Shown here in pieces: positions 18,316 through 27,865 of a stretch of DNA of 64,000 bases. The notes below the pieces were generated by a model, which was given only the letters and a program-made list of their open reading frames with translations, was not told the DNA's origin and searched no databases. The first letter of the stretch is position 1, and every line of letters begins with the position of its first letter. The translations under genes and the position numbers were made by a program. The stretch is from a virus: the IMG/VR virus record IMGVR_UViG_3300049178_000049. The stretch is one strand, 5' to 3'.

Positions 18316-18557
18316 GGGCAGGGCTTTCTTTCGCCGTACCCTTGCGCCAGCGCGACCGGCACGGCCACTACCGGGAACCACCGCCCCGCGAGGCCGTAGA
18401 TCAGCGCCCAGACGAGCGAGCCGGTCCGCTTGTACCCGTGGTAGGTCAGCGCGATGGTCGCGCCCGTGCTCACGCCCTCCGAGGTGAGGATGTCATGGAT
18501 GGTCGAGCTTGTGGTCGAAGGCGGCGTCGCCGCGTCGCCCATGGGTTGCAGGTACAT
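18312..18557 (-). CDS. Small membrane protein
   Basis: MYLQPMGD; hydrophobic helices. Confidence 0.75.
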   Translation of the reverse strand: MYLQPMGDAATPPSTTSSTIHDILTSEGVSTGATIALTYHGYKRTGSLVWALIYGLAGRWFPVVAVPVALAQGYGERKPCP

Positions 18558-19246
18558 CAGCGCCTCCGCGTGGTGGGGATGGTCCGCCTGGAACGCCGCT
18601 TCTTGACCAGCACGTACCCCAGCCCGCCAGCGACACCCAGAAGGGCGAGCTTGCCGACATCCGACATCCCCGCCAGCGAGCCAAGGATGCCAGCGTCCGG
18701 TGCCAGCACGGTCTTACCGCTCTTGGTCACGATGGTCGGCGGCGAGATAGACAGGGTCGGGCCGCTGACCGTGGCCGGCGCACCGAGCGCGTCCGCGAAC
18801 ACCTGAATCTGCTGCCCCAGGACATCCACATCGGCCGCGATGTTCAGACATGTCGAAGCATCGCCCATGATTTGGCCCGAGGGTGCCGCCGCCTGCACCT
18901 TCTTGAACAGCGCCATCGTAGCAGGGCCCACCGCCCCGTCGGTCGAGATCTTGGAGTAACCCTTGGCCTGGGCGACGCGGTTGAGTTGCAGCTGGAACGC
19001 CCGCGAGGCGGCGAGGGCCGGGAAGTTCCTCGGCTTGCAGACGCCATTGATGTTGATGAAGTCCGCGATCGATGTCGAGGTCCCGGTCGTCGTCTGATTC
19101 ACGTCATCCGAGGGGTCGGCCTGGGAGGCATCCACCGCGCCAGATGCGCTCATGAAGCTTCCGAACTCGTCCGTCAGGCGAAGGAAAGGATCGGTCACCA
19201 GATCCGTTGCATCGCCCAGCGATTGCCGCTTCATGAGGTAGGTCAT
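18557..19246 (-). CDS. Tail-anchored protein with peptidoglycan-binding (PG_binding_1-like) domain
   Basis: KRQSLGD leader; FQLQLN...DGAVGPAT motif; C-terminal TM plus KKRR. Confidence 0.7.
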   Translation of the reverse strand: MTYLMKRQSLGDATDLVTDPFLRLTDEFGSFMSASGAVDASQADPSDDVNQTTTGTSTSIADFININGVCKPRNFPALAASRAFQLQLNRVAQAKGYSKISTDGAVGPATMALFKKVQAAAPSGQIMGDASTCLNIAADVDVLGQQIQVFADALGAPATVSGPTLSISPPTIVTKSGKTVLAPDAGILGSLAGMSDVGKLALLGVAGGLGYVLVKKRRSRRTIPTTRRR

Positions 19247-19698
19247 AGCGCGCTCCTTCGCTTGCTGAAGTGACGATAGAGCAAGTACGCCGCCACCCCG
19301 TAGGTGACGATACCGCCGGGGACGTCCGGCAGGAAGTCCAGTGGTCCGCTCACCGCAATCGGCATCGGCGCGGTGACCGGGGGCGGCGAGAGGTTCATCC
19401 CACGATCGCGCGCCCCCAGGACCGCTTGGATGTTGGCGCCCCAGGTCATCCTCTCCCAGTTGGGCCCGACGATCTGTAGCAGCGCTGCGGCCGTCGGCGC
19501 ATCCAGGTAGCCCGTGTTGGCCACGTCGGTCGCCCCCATCTGGTAGAGCAACTGCTGGAGGTGCCGGACCATGTTGATGACCATCGGGGTCTTGGGGTCC
19601 GTGGTCGCCGGCGCGATCATCAGGTACGGGATCGCCTGTGTGGCGTTGTGTTGCCCCATGCCGATGGCGTTCAGGAGATCGCGAGAGGTCTGCTTCAT
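19243..19698 (-). CDS. Tail-anchored protein with PG-binding-like domain
   Basis: IGMGQ leader; VRHLQQLL...G...TG.LD..T..AL; C-terminal TM. Confidence 0.6.
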   Translation of the reverse strand: MKQTSRDLLNAIGMGQHNATQAIPYLMIAPATTDPKTPMVINMVRHLQQLLYQMGATDVANTGYLDAPTAAALLQIVGPNWERMTWGANIQAVLGARDRGMNLSPPPVTAPMPIAVSGPLDFLPDVPGGIVTYGVAAYLLYRHFSKRRSAL

Positions 19699-21512
19699 GG
19701 CGTTGCCTTCTTGGGTCTGGTCAGCAGGGCCGCTACGACGACCGCCCCGCCGACCATCACCCAGGGCCAGATGGAGTGTCGAGGTGCCACCACTGGCGGC
19801 GGGGGTGGCTGCCCGCATTGCGAGGCCGCGAGAGCAACGCCTGCGGTGCCCGCCTGCGGCGGAATGCCGTAGGCCGCCGCCGCCGCCCCTGCGGCGGTGC
19901 CGGCAGCTGGATTACTGAGGACGTCGCAGGCAAGATTCCCCAGGATCGGAGCGACTCCCGCCGACACGGATGCGATGGCCTGCAGCGCCGTCAGGGGGTT
20001 GATCAGGATCATCGGATTCCAGAGCGCGCCGAAGATGTTCGGATCAGGGACCGACGAGAGCCACACTTTCAACACCAAGGGATTGGTCTTCGACCAGTCA
20101 CCTCTTGTAAGGTCCATCGGCGAAAGCGAAACCACCAGCGCCATGTTGGCCCCGGTCTTGATGTGCGTGGTCCTCGCCAGGGGCGCGCCGGCCGTCTTCA
20201 GGTTCCAGAGCGTGTGGAGGCGCACCGGCGTGCCTGACTGGATGCCTATCGCATCGAACCACGTCTTGGCATCGTCCGCTTGACCCTGCGACACATTGCC
20301 ATAGGCGTCGAACATGTAGCTCGACGGGTGCCGATTGCTCGCTGTGTCGAGATACGTCGTGGGCGTATCTCCGTTCCCGCTCGAGTCCTTGGCCTCGGTG
20401 AGCCGTGCCTTGAGCCATGCCAGCACCTCTGGGATCATCGGCCGGACGTTGGCGAGTTGAGGGCCTGCCGGCAGATCGCCGGGCGTCAGGTACATGATGT
20501 CCGGCGGCGCCGCGCGATTCGCGACGGTCGCGGATGGCGTCCCGACGCCCCAGACGCGCGGCGTGAACGTGGACGAATTGAACCCGAATGGCCCCACGAA
20601 CCAGTCGTAGGTCGGTCCATGGTCGGTGACGATCGGGGTGATTCCAGTGGTCGCCGCGACGGTCGCTGACGTGATAGCCCCCGACGGCGGCGTCGAGCAG
20701 AACGCCTGTATCGGCTGCCCCGCGGTGGCCCTCATCCAGTGACCCGGGATCCACTGGCCGTTCACCGTTGCGCCGTAGATCCACGTGAAGCCAGCGGGCG
20801 CTGGGGTACAGCCGGCTGGCACGGCATCGTCCCCCATCGCTCCCAGGAAGGCTGCGCAGCCATAGCACCCCAGGCCCAGGAGCGAGTTGACCTGGGGTGC
20901 CGTACGTCGGAGGCCCGTCGTGATGATTTCGGCCGTGATGCCAGTGGAAAGTGCGCGGGCCAGCGCCAGCGGGAAGGCGTTGGCCGGTGGAATCTTCTGC
21001 TGCTGCACGTAGCGGTTGAAGATGTCCGTCGTCCTGGTCCACAGGCTCTTGTCGATGGAGTCCAGGAAGGCGCGCATTGCCTTCTGGCGCTGGGGCTGGG
21101 GGATGGTCTGGAACCCCGAGATGATAAGTTGCGCCGCCTTCTGGCCGTAGCTGTCGAACGGCTCGCCCATCGGAGCGTCGCCCATGCCCGCCGGTTGCAC
21201 GGTAACCTGCTGGCCGCCGCCGGGAAGCGGGACCACGTTCGTGACGACCGGCCGCTTGTTCAGCCAGTGCGGGATCTGGCCGCCGTTGTACGTGCCGCGT
21301 GGTTGCCAGAACGTGGTGAACGCTCCCTGACCCGTGCCCTCATCCTTGATGTACTGCGGAACGTTGTAACCCGCCGTTCCATCGGTGGAGTCATCGTAGG
21401 TCCCGCGCGGCATCTGCTTGGTGACGAACGCCTGGCGCTGCAGGCCCTCGTCGCGGACGTTCTTGGGGAGCGCGAACCCTGCATCCCAGGCTGGTGGAAG
21501 GTTGTAGGCCAT
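19695..21512 (-). CDS. Large tail-anchored virion protein (~605 aa)
   Basis: Two N-terminal DEG....AF.T...PRGTY repeats; AGMGD and AMGDD internal motifs; C-terminal TM plus KK. Confidence 0.75.
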   Translation of the reverse strand: MAYNLPPAWDAGFALPKNVRDEGLQRQAFVTKQMPRGTYDDSTDGTAGYNVPQYIKDEGTGQGAFTTFWQPRGTYNGGQIPHWLNKRPVVTNVVPLPGGGQQVTVQPAGMGDAPMGEPFDSYGQKAAQLIISGFQTIPQPQRQKAMRAFLDSIDKSLWTRTTDIFNRYVQQQKIPPANAFPLALARALSTGITAEIITTGLRRTAPQVNSLLGLGCYGCAAFLGAMGDDAVPAGCTPAPAGFTWIYGATVNGQWIPGHWMRATAGQPIQAFCSTPPSGAITSATVAATTGITPIVTDHGPTYDWFVGPFGFNSSTFTPRVWGVGTPSATVANRAAPPDIMYLTPGDLPAGPQLANVRPMIPEVLAWLKARLTEAKDSSGNGDTPTTYLDTASNRHPSSYMFDAYGNVSQGQADDAKTWFDAIGIQSGTPVRLHTLWNLKTAGAPLARTTHIKTGANMALVVSLSPMDLTRGDWSKTNPLVLKVWLSSVPDPNIFGALWNPMILINPLTALQAIASVSAGVAPILGNLACDVLSNPAAGTAAGAAAAAYGIPPQAGTAGVALAASQCGQPPPPPVVAPRHSIWPWVMVGGAVVVAALLTRPKKATP

Positions 21513-21526
21513 CTTGGTTCCTTGGG

Positions 21527-22099
21527 TTAGGCCGCGACCGGCCAGACGGAAGCATCGACGATACGGCGTAGCATCTGCGGGGTCTTCTCGGCAGCGACCG
21601 GGTCCAGCACGATGCGGGTCCGGTTTCTGGGCTCGAGGGCCCGCGTGAACACGTGGCTGTGCTGGATGCGGCCGTCGTAGTACATGCGCTTGAAGGCGCA
21701 GGTGACGAAGTCCGGCTGCCCGCCAACCGACAGGATCGCAGACGCCAGCCAGAGCGCCCCGTCGTCGCAGTCGATGGACGGCCGATGACCGGCCAGGATC
21801 TGGCGGCTGATAATGTAGGGCGCCCGAACGAGCTCGGTCCGCCTGGGGTCCCGCATGTATCGGGTGCGCTGGAGCAGGCAATAGTACAGCGCCATGTACT
21901 CGGACGCGTAGTCCTTCGAGTCGAGGCCCTCGCACACTGCCTCGGCCAACTGGCGCGTCTCGAAGTGGTTGGCGTCGTCGAGCGCCGCCCTGCGCATGAC
22001 GTCGATGGTCTGCGGTGCCCCGAAGTAGCCGCTCCGGCTGGTCGGCGGCTCGTCGGCCATCCAGAACAGGCGCGACCCGCCGTACCCCAGACCGGACAT
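21527..22099 (-). CDS. Transglutaminase-like cysteine protease (candidate virion maturation protease)
   Basis: DCDD (Cys), SHVF (His), LDP (Asp) triad in the canonical order; alternative start at 22060. Confidence 0.8.
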   Translation of the reverse strand: MSGLGYGGSRLFWMADEPPTSRSGYFGAPQTIDVMRRAALDDANHFETRQLAEAVCEGLDSKDYASEYMALYYCLLQRTRYMRDPRRTELVRAPYIISRQILAGHRPSIDCDDGALWLASAILSVGGQPDFVTCAFKRMYYDGRIQHSHVFTRALEPRNRTRIVLDPVAAEKTPQMLRRIVDASVWPVAA

Positions 22100-22186
22100 C
22101 GGTTGGAGCGGCGGGACCGTCAGGCTATGGGGGGCTCGGTGCAAGCATGCCTTCACCCGGAAAAGATGAGAGGCGACCCGATAATC

Positions 22187-22606
22187 CTACACCGGATCGT
22201 CGGGCACGTGTTGTGCCTTGCGAAACGCCGCCATGGCACGCAACTGCCTGGCCACGCGTGCCGGGGTTGCCTGCCTGTATGCCACGACCGCCGCCAGCAA
22301 GTGCTCCGCTGACTGCCCGCCCTCTACGCGGAGATCGTCGCTGACATCTAGCGCAGCCATGAGCAAATCCTGCTCTGCATCGAACCGCCGCCGCTGTGAC
22401 ACGAATGCGGCCTTATCCAGGACGCCGGGCACGGCACGGCATACATCGTCGGCGCCAAGCGATACGAAGTCTCCAGAGTTACCGATCGGTTGCGATTGCC
22501 TGAATAGCAACCAACTCTGCATGTACACCGTCTTGAAGAAGACGCAGGTCACGAGGATGGCGACCAAGCAACCGAGGAGCGCGGCCAGGAAGATTTCCGC
22601 TGTCAT
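22187..22606 (-). CDS. Hypothetical protein with N-terminal TM
   Basis: MTAEIFLAALLGCLVAILV; coupled start. Confidence 0.5.
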   Translation of the reverse strand: MTAEIFLAALLGCLVAILVTCVFFKTVYMQSWLLFRQSQPIGNSGDFVSLGADDVCRAVPGVLDKAAFVSQRRRFDAEQDLLMAALDVSDDLRVEGGQSAEHLLAAVVAYRQATPARVARQLRAMAAFRKAQHVPDDPV

Positions 22607-23028
22607 GTCGGCGATGATACATCGCGCGCGCCGTACTTGGCGAGCCCCAAGAGCGTCTCCAGTGCCGCCACGTTGTCGACGCGCTCGACGCTTGTGGCGT
22701 CGTAGAACACCGAGTCGGTGCGGTCCACTCCTACCAAGATCACACGCGCAGTGCCCACCGCTAGGGCCGCGCCAAGCTCGACGTGGGATCCCCTGCCGAG
22801 CCGGGCGATCCCGATGAACAGATCGCACCATCCGGCGGCGAACAGTTCGCGCCGCGCGAGATCGCTGCGATCTCGGATGCCGCAGCGCTCATGCGAGCAG
22901 CGGTGCGCAAGATGCTCCGGCCACGGGAACGCGTTCTCCATCCCGCTGGCTTCCAGCGCGGCCGCGATCCGACATACTTCGTCGATCTGGTCTCGACTGG
23001 ATGCAATGTAGAACCGCCTCACGGGCAC
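22603..23028 (-). CDS. Nucleoside 2'-deoxyribosyltransferase/nucleotide N-hydrolase-like protein
   Basis: FYIAS...CDLFI......G.GSHVELGAALA Rossmann pattern. Confidence 0.6.
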   Translation of the reverse strand: MPVRRFYIASSRDQIDEVCRIAAALEASGMENAFPWPEHLAHRCSHERCGIRDRSDLARRELFAAGWCDLFIGIARLGRGSHVELGAALAVGTARVILVGVDRTDSVFYDATSVERVDNVAALETLLGLAKYGARDVSSPT

Positions 23029-23110
23029 TCATCGCCCGGCGGCGGGGCGAGTTGGAAGACCCGCTGAGCCTGAGTTCCCTGGTCATCGATCTCGGTTTCC
23101 ACTGTCATGT

Positions 23111-24811
23111 TCACTCTCCGATGAGGGCCGCCCCCACCTTCCGCAGCCAGTTGCGACCACCCTGCGTTGCCAGGGGCGAGGTACCCGGCAACTTTGCCAC
23201 CTTCTGCATGAACAGGTCAACGCCCGCCACCTGCTCGGTGTGGTGCTGCCGGATCCAGGCCAGGATGTCGGGCGGGATCATGGCCTTGGCGGTTTGGGCC
23301 ACGATGTTGGGGTCCTCGTCCCGACCGAAGGCCGCCTCGAGTTGGGAGATGATGAGCTTCAGCGTGCTGTCCTCGATCTTGGGGATCTCGATCGTCTCGC
23401 CAGCGTCCGTGGTCACCACCTTGGGCTTGGGCTTGACGGGCACCAACTTGTTGCCGACCTGCATCAGGCGCTCGCCGTTCTGCGCCGCCACGACCCGGGG
23501 ACGCTGCTGTTGCTGGGTCGCCACAGCGCGTGCCTGCGCCTGCTGCGGTTGCTGCGCCGCGGCGCGGTTCGCGACGATGCCGCCGATGCCTTCGATGGCC
23601 GCCGGGATCATGGCGATGGCCTCCTTGATCGTGGACCCCTCGCCATCCTCGCCATCGCCGAGTGCCTCCTTCAAGACCTTCATGTCCTTGATCTGTTCGA
23701 TCACGGACTTGTCCTTGCGCTCGCGGAGTTCCTTGTTCTCGGTGCGTAGCGCAGCGAGTTCAGTCTCCATGCGGCGGATCTCGGCGTTGAGCGTCGTGAC
23801 GGTGACATCCTTGGTCGTCGAGGTAGCGGTGGCCGCGACCTGGTGGGCGGTGTTGACCGCGGCGATCTCACGCTCGTAGCTGGCCTTCATGTTCGCCAGC
23901 ATGATCTCGTGGCTCTGCTGCACCTGCTTCATTGCTCGGTCGTGACGGTCCTCGAGCAGGCGAATTTCCTGCTGGTGACCCTCCTTGAGCATGCGGATCT
24001 CGCTGTCGTGCTGGGTGCGCAGCGCCGTCACGCGCGCGGAATCTCCATCGATCAGCTTGTCCAGCATCCGATCCCGGAACGGGTCCTCGGGCGGCTTCTG
24101 ATTCCTGGCCTGGGAGAGTTCTGCGCGGAGCTCGGCCATCTCCTTGGCCTGCGTCCGCTGTGATTCGCGCATCTGCTCGACCAGCATCGCCATGGCCGGA
24201 TCGATTCCCTTGGGCTCGTGTGCGCCCTGCTTGCTGACCATGCGCTCCATCATGTCGAGGGCGTGCTGAACCACGGTGCCGCTCTCGCCGTGGCTCGCTG
24301 GTGCTTGCGGTGGCGCCTGGGGTGCGTTCGAGGGCAGGCGATCGGTCCGGGGCTCGCCGGCGATCTCGATCGTCCGGTGAAGTCCCTTCTCGTACTGGTA
24401 GCTGCCGTCGGCGCCCTGCCTCGTCACGCGCAGCGCGAAGGTGCCCCCGCCGTACTCGCGCGCGATGAAAGCCTCGTCGATCGTGTGGTCGAAGGTGCCC
24501 AGGTAGCCCTTCACCTTGACGTTGTCGTTCTTGCGGGTGTCCCAGCATGTCGCTGGCTCGGTGCGTCGGAGTTGCACCTTGAACGCGCCCTGGGTGCCGA
24601 TGGTCTCGAGCCACGCCTTGAGCGACTGCTCCTCATCGTCGCGGATCTTCCTCATCGTCGGGGAGAGTTTCTCGCGCTGGGGCTCGGGCTTCTTGGACTC
24701 CTCCGGCGCACTCACCGACTCCCTGGGAGTCTCTTCAGGCGATGCTGGAGCCGACTGCTCGGTGTCCGCGTCCGTGTCTTCGGCGGCGGCGACGGTCGCG
24801 CGGCCCTTCAC
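23111..24811 (-). CDS. Large coiled-coil protein (possible scaffold or membrane organiser)
   Basis: GTG start overlapping upstream TGA; long charged heptad region. Confidence 0.7.
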   Translation of the reverse strand: MKGRATVAAAEDTDADTEQSAPASPEETPRESVSAPEESKKPEPQREKLSPTMRKIRDDEEQSLKAWLETIGTQGAFKVQLRRTEPATCWDTRKNDNVKVKGYLGTFDHTIDEAFIAREYGGGTFALRVTRQGADGSYQYEKGLHRTIEIAGEPRTDRLPSNAPQAPPQAPASHGESGTVVQHALDMMERMVSKQGAHEPKGIDPAMAMLVEQMRESQRTQAKEMAELRAELSQARNQKPPEDPFRDRMLDKLIDGDSARVTALRTQHDSEIRMLKEGHQQEIRLLEDRHDRAMKQVQQSHEIMLANMKASYEREIAAVNTAHQVAATATSTTKDVTVTTLNAEIRRMETELAALRTENKELRERKDKSVIEQIKDMKVLKEALGDGEDGEGSTIKEAIAMIPAAIEGIGGIVANRAAAQQPQQAQARAVATQQQQRPRVVAAQNGERLMQVGNKLVPVKPKPKVVTTDAGETIEIPKIEDSTLKLIISQLEAAFGRDEDPNIVAQTAKAMIPPDILAWIRQHHTEQVAGVDLFMQKVAKLPGTSPLATQGGRNWLRKVGAALIGE

Positions 24812-25257
24812 GCCTTCGCTCCTGGCGGTAGGGCAGGGGGCTCGACAGCGGATGTCTGCTCGGGCTCGGTCTCCGGATCCGGATCGGGGAGGGTAATATC
24901 CTCGATTACCTCCATTCCCTGCTCGGCGAGTTCTCGCCACTCCTTGATGAGCGGCTTGAGCCGCTGGCTGTCGCCGGTCTTCGCGGCGAGATCCTCGAGT
25001 TCCTTGACGAGCGTGAGGCCGCTCGTGATGAGCCCGGTGAACACCGCTGCGGTCTCCTCGTGCAGCACATCGGGCGTCTGCGTGACGAGGTCCTCGATGG
25101 AACCGTCCATCTCCTCCATCTCGGTCACGACCGACTCGATGAAGGGCAAGAGGTTGTTCTTCAAATAGGCCGACATCTCGGCGGCGGTCGTCAGGGGGCC
25201 GCCCGGCAATGAAGAGATGACGGCCTTCAGGTCTTGCTTCAGTTGCTCGATGCTCAT
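24808..25257 (-). CDS. Acidic helical hypothetical protein
   Basis: MSIEQLKQDL; coupled. Confidence 0.65.
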   Translation of the reverse strand: MSIEQLKQDLKAVISSLPGGPLTTAAEMSAYLKNNLLPFIESVVTEMEEMDGSIEDLVTQTPDVLHEETAAVFTGLITSGLTLVKELEDLAAKTGDSQRLKPLIKEWRELAEQGMEVIEDITLPDPDPETEPEQTSAVEPPALPPGAKA

Positions 25258-25952
25258 GGGGTCTCCGTGTGGTGGGTTGCGCGGGGCTGCAGGTTGGCGC
25301 CGACGCACGAGCGGCAGCGCATCTGGACATCTAGCTCGTGCTCCTCGAACCGGTTGCCGCACACCTGGCAGGCGATGGTCGGCGTCTCGGCCATGGACTG
25401 AGCGATCAGGCGCTCCGCTTCCGCTGCCTCGGACTGTTCGGTTGCGCGCGCGACCTCCCAGTCGGCAACATCTGCGCGGAACCTCTGGCCAGCGGCTGAA
25501 TCCCAGAACCTCAACTGTGTTTGGTCGGCGATCCTATTAGTGGTCGGCAACTGAGGCTCCCACCTGTTGCACTCCACTACCGGAAGCGCCCCCAAGGGTA
25601 TCTCGATCCCGGTGTCCGGGTAGCAGTAGTGGTGCGTCTGGACGTGGAACGCTGCTGGGGCGCGGTAGACCGTCCCCTGCGGCGTCTCCTGCGCCCCTTG
25701 TGCCCCCTGGGGGAGCGCGATGCGCAGTTGGACCGCGCCAGGAGTCGCCGCGTCCACCTGCACGATGAGCCTGTGGTAACGCCGACAGGGTCCGGCATGG
25801 CACAAGGATGGCCTCGCTGGCGGATCGGCGCGCTGAGGTGGGATCACGGGGGCTCCGTCGGGGCCGATGGGCGGCAACGGAGACACCTCGAACCCGTCTT
25901 GGAGTTCCGAACGGGGATCTTGGGTCTTCATAGGGTCAGCCTGAGGCATCAT
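25254..25952 (-). CDS. Hypothetical protein with Cys motifs
   Basis: First gene of the leftward arm; C-terminal CQVC...CRSC. Confidence 0.6.
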   Translation of the reverse strand: MMPQADPMKTQDPRSELQDGFEVSPLPPIGPDGAPVIPPQRADPPARPSLCHAGPCRRYHRLIVQVDAATPGAVQLRIALPQGAQGAQETPQGTVYRAPAAFHVQTHHYCYPDTGIEIPLGALPVVECNRWEPQLPTTNRIADQTQLRFWDSAAGQRFRADVADWEVARATEQSEAAEAERLIAQSMAETPTIACQVCGNRFEEHELDVQMRCRSCVGANLQPRATHHTETP

Positions 25953-26059
25953 GCGCGCTCCCGTGGGCTTCCAGTGGACTCGAGGAGCGCTTTCGGAGCG
26001 CTTTCGAGGCATGTAGATCTGTGGTCTGTAGCCCATGGGCGCTGGTCCAGGGGTTGCTA

Positions 26060-26330
26060 GACCCCACTCCGGAGGCCAAACCGGGTCCGGAACCCTCCCA
26101 AGTGCTAGTCAGGAGGCACTCCGGGAGTGGTGAAAATCGACCAGATCTGACGCCCCCCTGTCAGGGTTCCGACACTTTTCACCACTCCGGAGTGGGTCCG
26201 AGCGCCTAAGCCCAGCGGAGGCTCCGGAGTGGCCCGACTTTCCGCTGGCAAGGTCCCTGCAGTACCTCTTTCCGACCCGGCGATTCCCGTCGGGACCTTG
26301 ACACCCTCCTGGAGGGTCAGAAAGGCTAGG
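26060..26330. promoter_or_regulatory. Divergent control region with CACTCCGGAGTG-like palindromes, a 13-bp inverted repeat and TTGACA
   Basis: Palindrome copies at 26065, 26117, 26183, 26222; IR 26124-26136/26176-26188; TTGACA 26298-26303; strand switch point. Confidence 0.7.
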
Positions 26331-26333
26331 CCC

Positions 26334-26537
26334 ATGGGGTTCATCGAGCGCCGTCTCGTAGACGACGAGGTAGTGGAGACTGATCTCCAGATCCTCAACC
26401 GCGCGCGCAACCGGTGCGCGTACGCCGGGAATCGGAACGCTCTCGTAGAGTGGACCATGTCGGATGCCTGGACCACGCCCGCGACCCGATCCGTTGGCGA
26501 GTGTCCGGACGTGTCGGGCGAACTGGGAGGCGCGTAG
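26334..26537 (+). CDS. Small hypothetical protein
   Basis: First ATG after TTGACA; coupled to the next gene. Confidence 0.4.
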   Translation: MGFIERRLVDDEVVETDLQILNRARNRCAYAGNRNALVEWTMSDAWTTPATRSVGECPDVSGELGGA

Positions 26538-26539
26538 CC

Positions 26540-27208
26540 ATGGGGCGAGGCATTGACTACAGCGGTCCGCTCGGTACGTGCAACCGCGACCCGGAGACAG
26601 GGATCCGCTACGGCGTGATCCCGCTCGGCGCACTGGGCGAATTCGCCCACGAGAGCTTCGAGCCCGAGTACGCGCACAACTGCCCGCACTGCGGCGAGGA
26701 CATCGACACCGACGAGGAGTGGGAGACCGATGCCTGCCCCACCTGCGGCAAGGAATCGGACGAGGACGACCGCTGGGGCGACGAGCCCATCGGCTATTCG
26801 CTGCGCGGGGCTGGCTACGAAGGCTTCCAGGATTCCGCAGGTGATGCGTGGTTCACGTTGTCCCCGTACTACACGCGTGCCGCGTTCTGTTCACCGTGCG
26901 CGCCCGGTGCCTGCTACCTGACCTCACCGTGCGACGAAGGGGAACGAGCCTACTGTCCGGGTCCGGACTGGTTTGACAAGGACGATCCCGCACCGTTCCA
27001 GATCTATAGCGTCGCCACAGGCAGGCGCGTTCCTGCTGTCGGCGACAAACTCACAGCCACCGAGCCGGGTGAGTGCTTCGAGACCGGCAGGGTGTACACG
27101 GTGATCGCCGTGTACGACGGGAAGATGGATCTGGAGTGCGCCGCGCTGGATACGACGGTTTCCGGTGTCCAGATCGACGATCCGAGCCTGCAACCCTACA
27201 AGGGGTAG
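26540..27208 (+). CDS. Acidic Zn-ribbon phage protein
   Basis: GGAGG RBS; CPHC...CPTC and CSPCAPGAC motifs. Confidence 0.7.
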   Translation: MGRGIDYSGPLGTCNRDPETGIRYGVIPLGALGEFAHESFEPEYAHNCPHCGEDIDTDEEWETDACPTCGKESDEDDRWGDEPIGYSLRGAGYEGFQDSAGDAWFTLSPYYTRAAFCSPCAPGACYLTSPCDEGERAYCPGPDWFDKDDPAPFQIYSVATGRRVPAVGDKLTATEPGECFETGRVYTVIAVYDGKMDLECAALDTTVSGVQIDDPSLQPYKG

Positions 27209-27344
27209 CCCCGATTCTGGTCTGGGAAGTCTGACAGCCACGACACAAGGCATCGCAAGGTGCGATCGCCCCACGACTCTCGCTGTCAGGCTTCCCAGAC
27301 TGTACTCTGCTACCCACCCCCCACACCTCATGGAGGTTCAGATT

Positions 27345-27689
27345 ATGGCACGCAGAATGACTGACATCGATGCGACAGGGATGACCGAGACTGACGCCGC
27401 AGCATTCGTGGACGCACTACGGCGTCTGAACGGTTACGAAGCCAAGTTCAGGCGACTCATGGTTGGCGCCCAACTCGACCAACCCACCGACTGGTTCATT
27501 GTCTCCGTGCCACATCCTAAGGTTGCTGACGCCAACAAGGCATGGCGCTGGTGGAAAGCTGGCCAGTGGCATACCCGCATCGATGACCGCCGATCGTACC
27601 GCGGTGGCACTTACCAATCCGCCGCCCACGAGTTGGGGTATCTCGAAGTGATGCCAGTCGACCCTATCGCAGGACCGGAGCGGTCGTAG
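27345..27689 (+). CDS. Hypothetical protein
   Basis: GGAGG RBS. Confidence 0.6.
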   Translation: MARRMTDIDATGMTETDAAAFVDALRRLNGYEAKFRRLMVGAQLDQPTDWFIVSVPHPKVADANKAWRWWKAGQWHTRIDDRRSYRGGTYQSAAHELGYLEVMPVDPIAGPERS

Positions 27690-27691
27690 CC

Positions 27692-27865
27692 ATGGCGCGC
27701 AAACCTCGCGTTGTCGCGGTAGAGTGCGAAACCCCGTCGGGATGGCGTTGGCTCAAGCGCTACGTACGCGGCGCAGTCCTGCTGGCCGACAATCGGTTCC
27801 GCGTGACGGATGAGTCGGAGTGGCGCAATGCCTGCAGGCTGCGGTCCGGTAGGGAGGTATCCTGA
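27692..27865 (+). CDS. 57-aa hypothetical protein (not in ORF track)
   Basis: MARKPRVVAVECETPSGW...; TGATG overlap with the next gene. Confidence 0.5.
   Translation: MARKPRVVAVECETPSGWRWLKRYVRGAVLLADNRFRVTDESEWRNACRLRSGREVS

Noticed and set aside
8005-19698. Twin-arginine (Tat) or Sec signal peptides in the RR-rich leaders
   Set aside because: No hydrophobic h-region follows the arginines; the hydrophobic helix is at the C-terminus
8005-21512. Host sortase-type C-terminal sorting signals (LPXTG, PEP-CTERM, MYXO-CTERM)
   Set aside because: TM plus basic tail is present but no conserved motif precedes it and no sortase is seen
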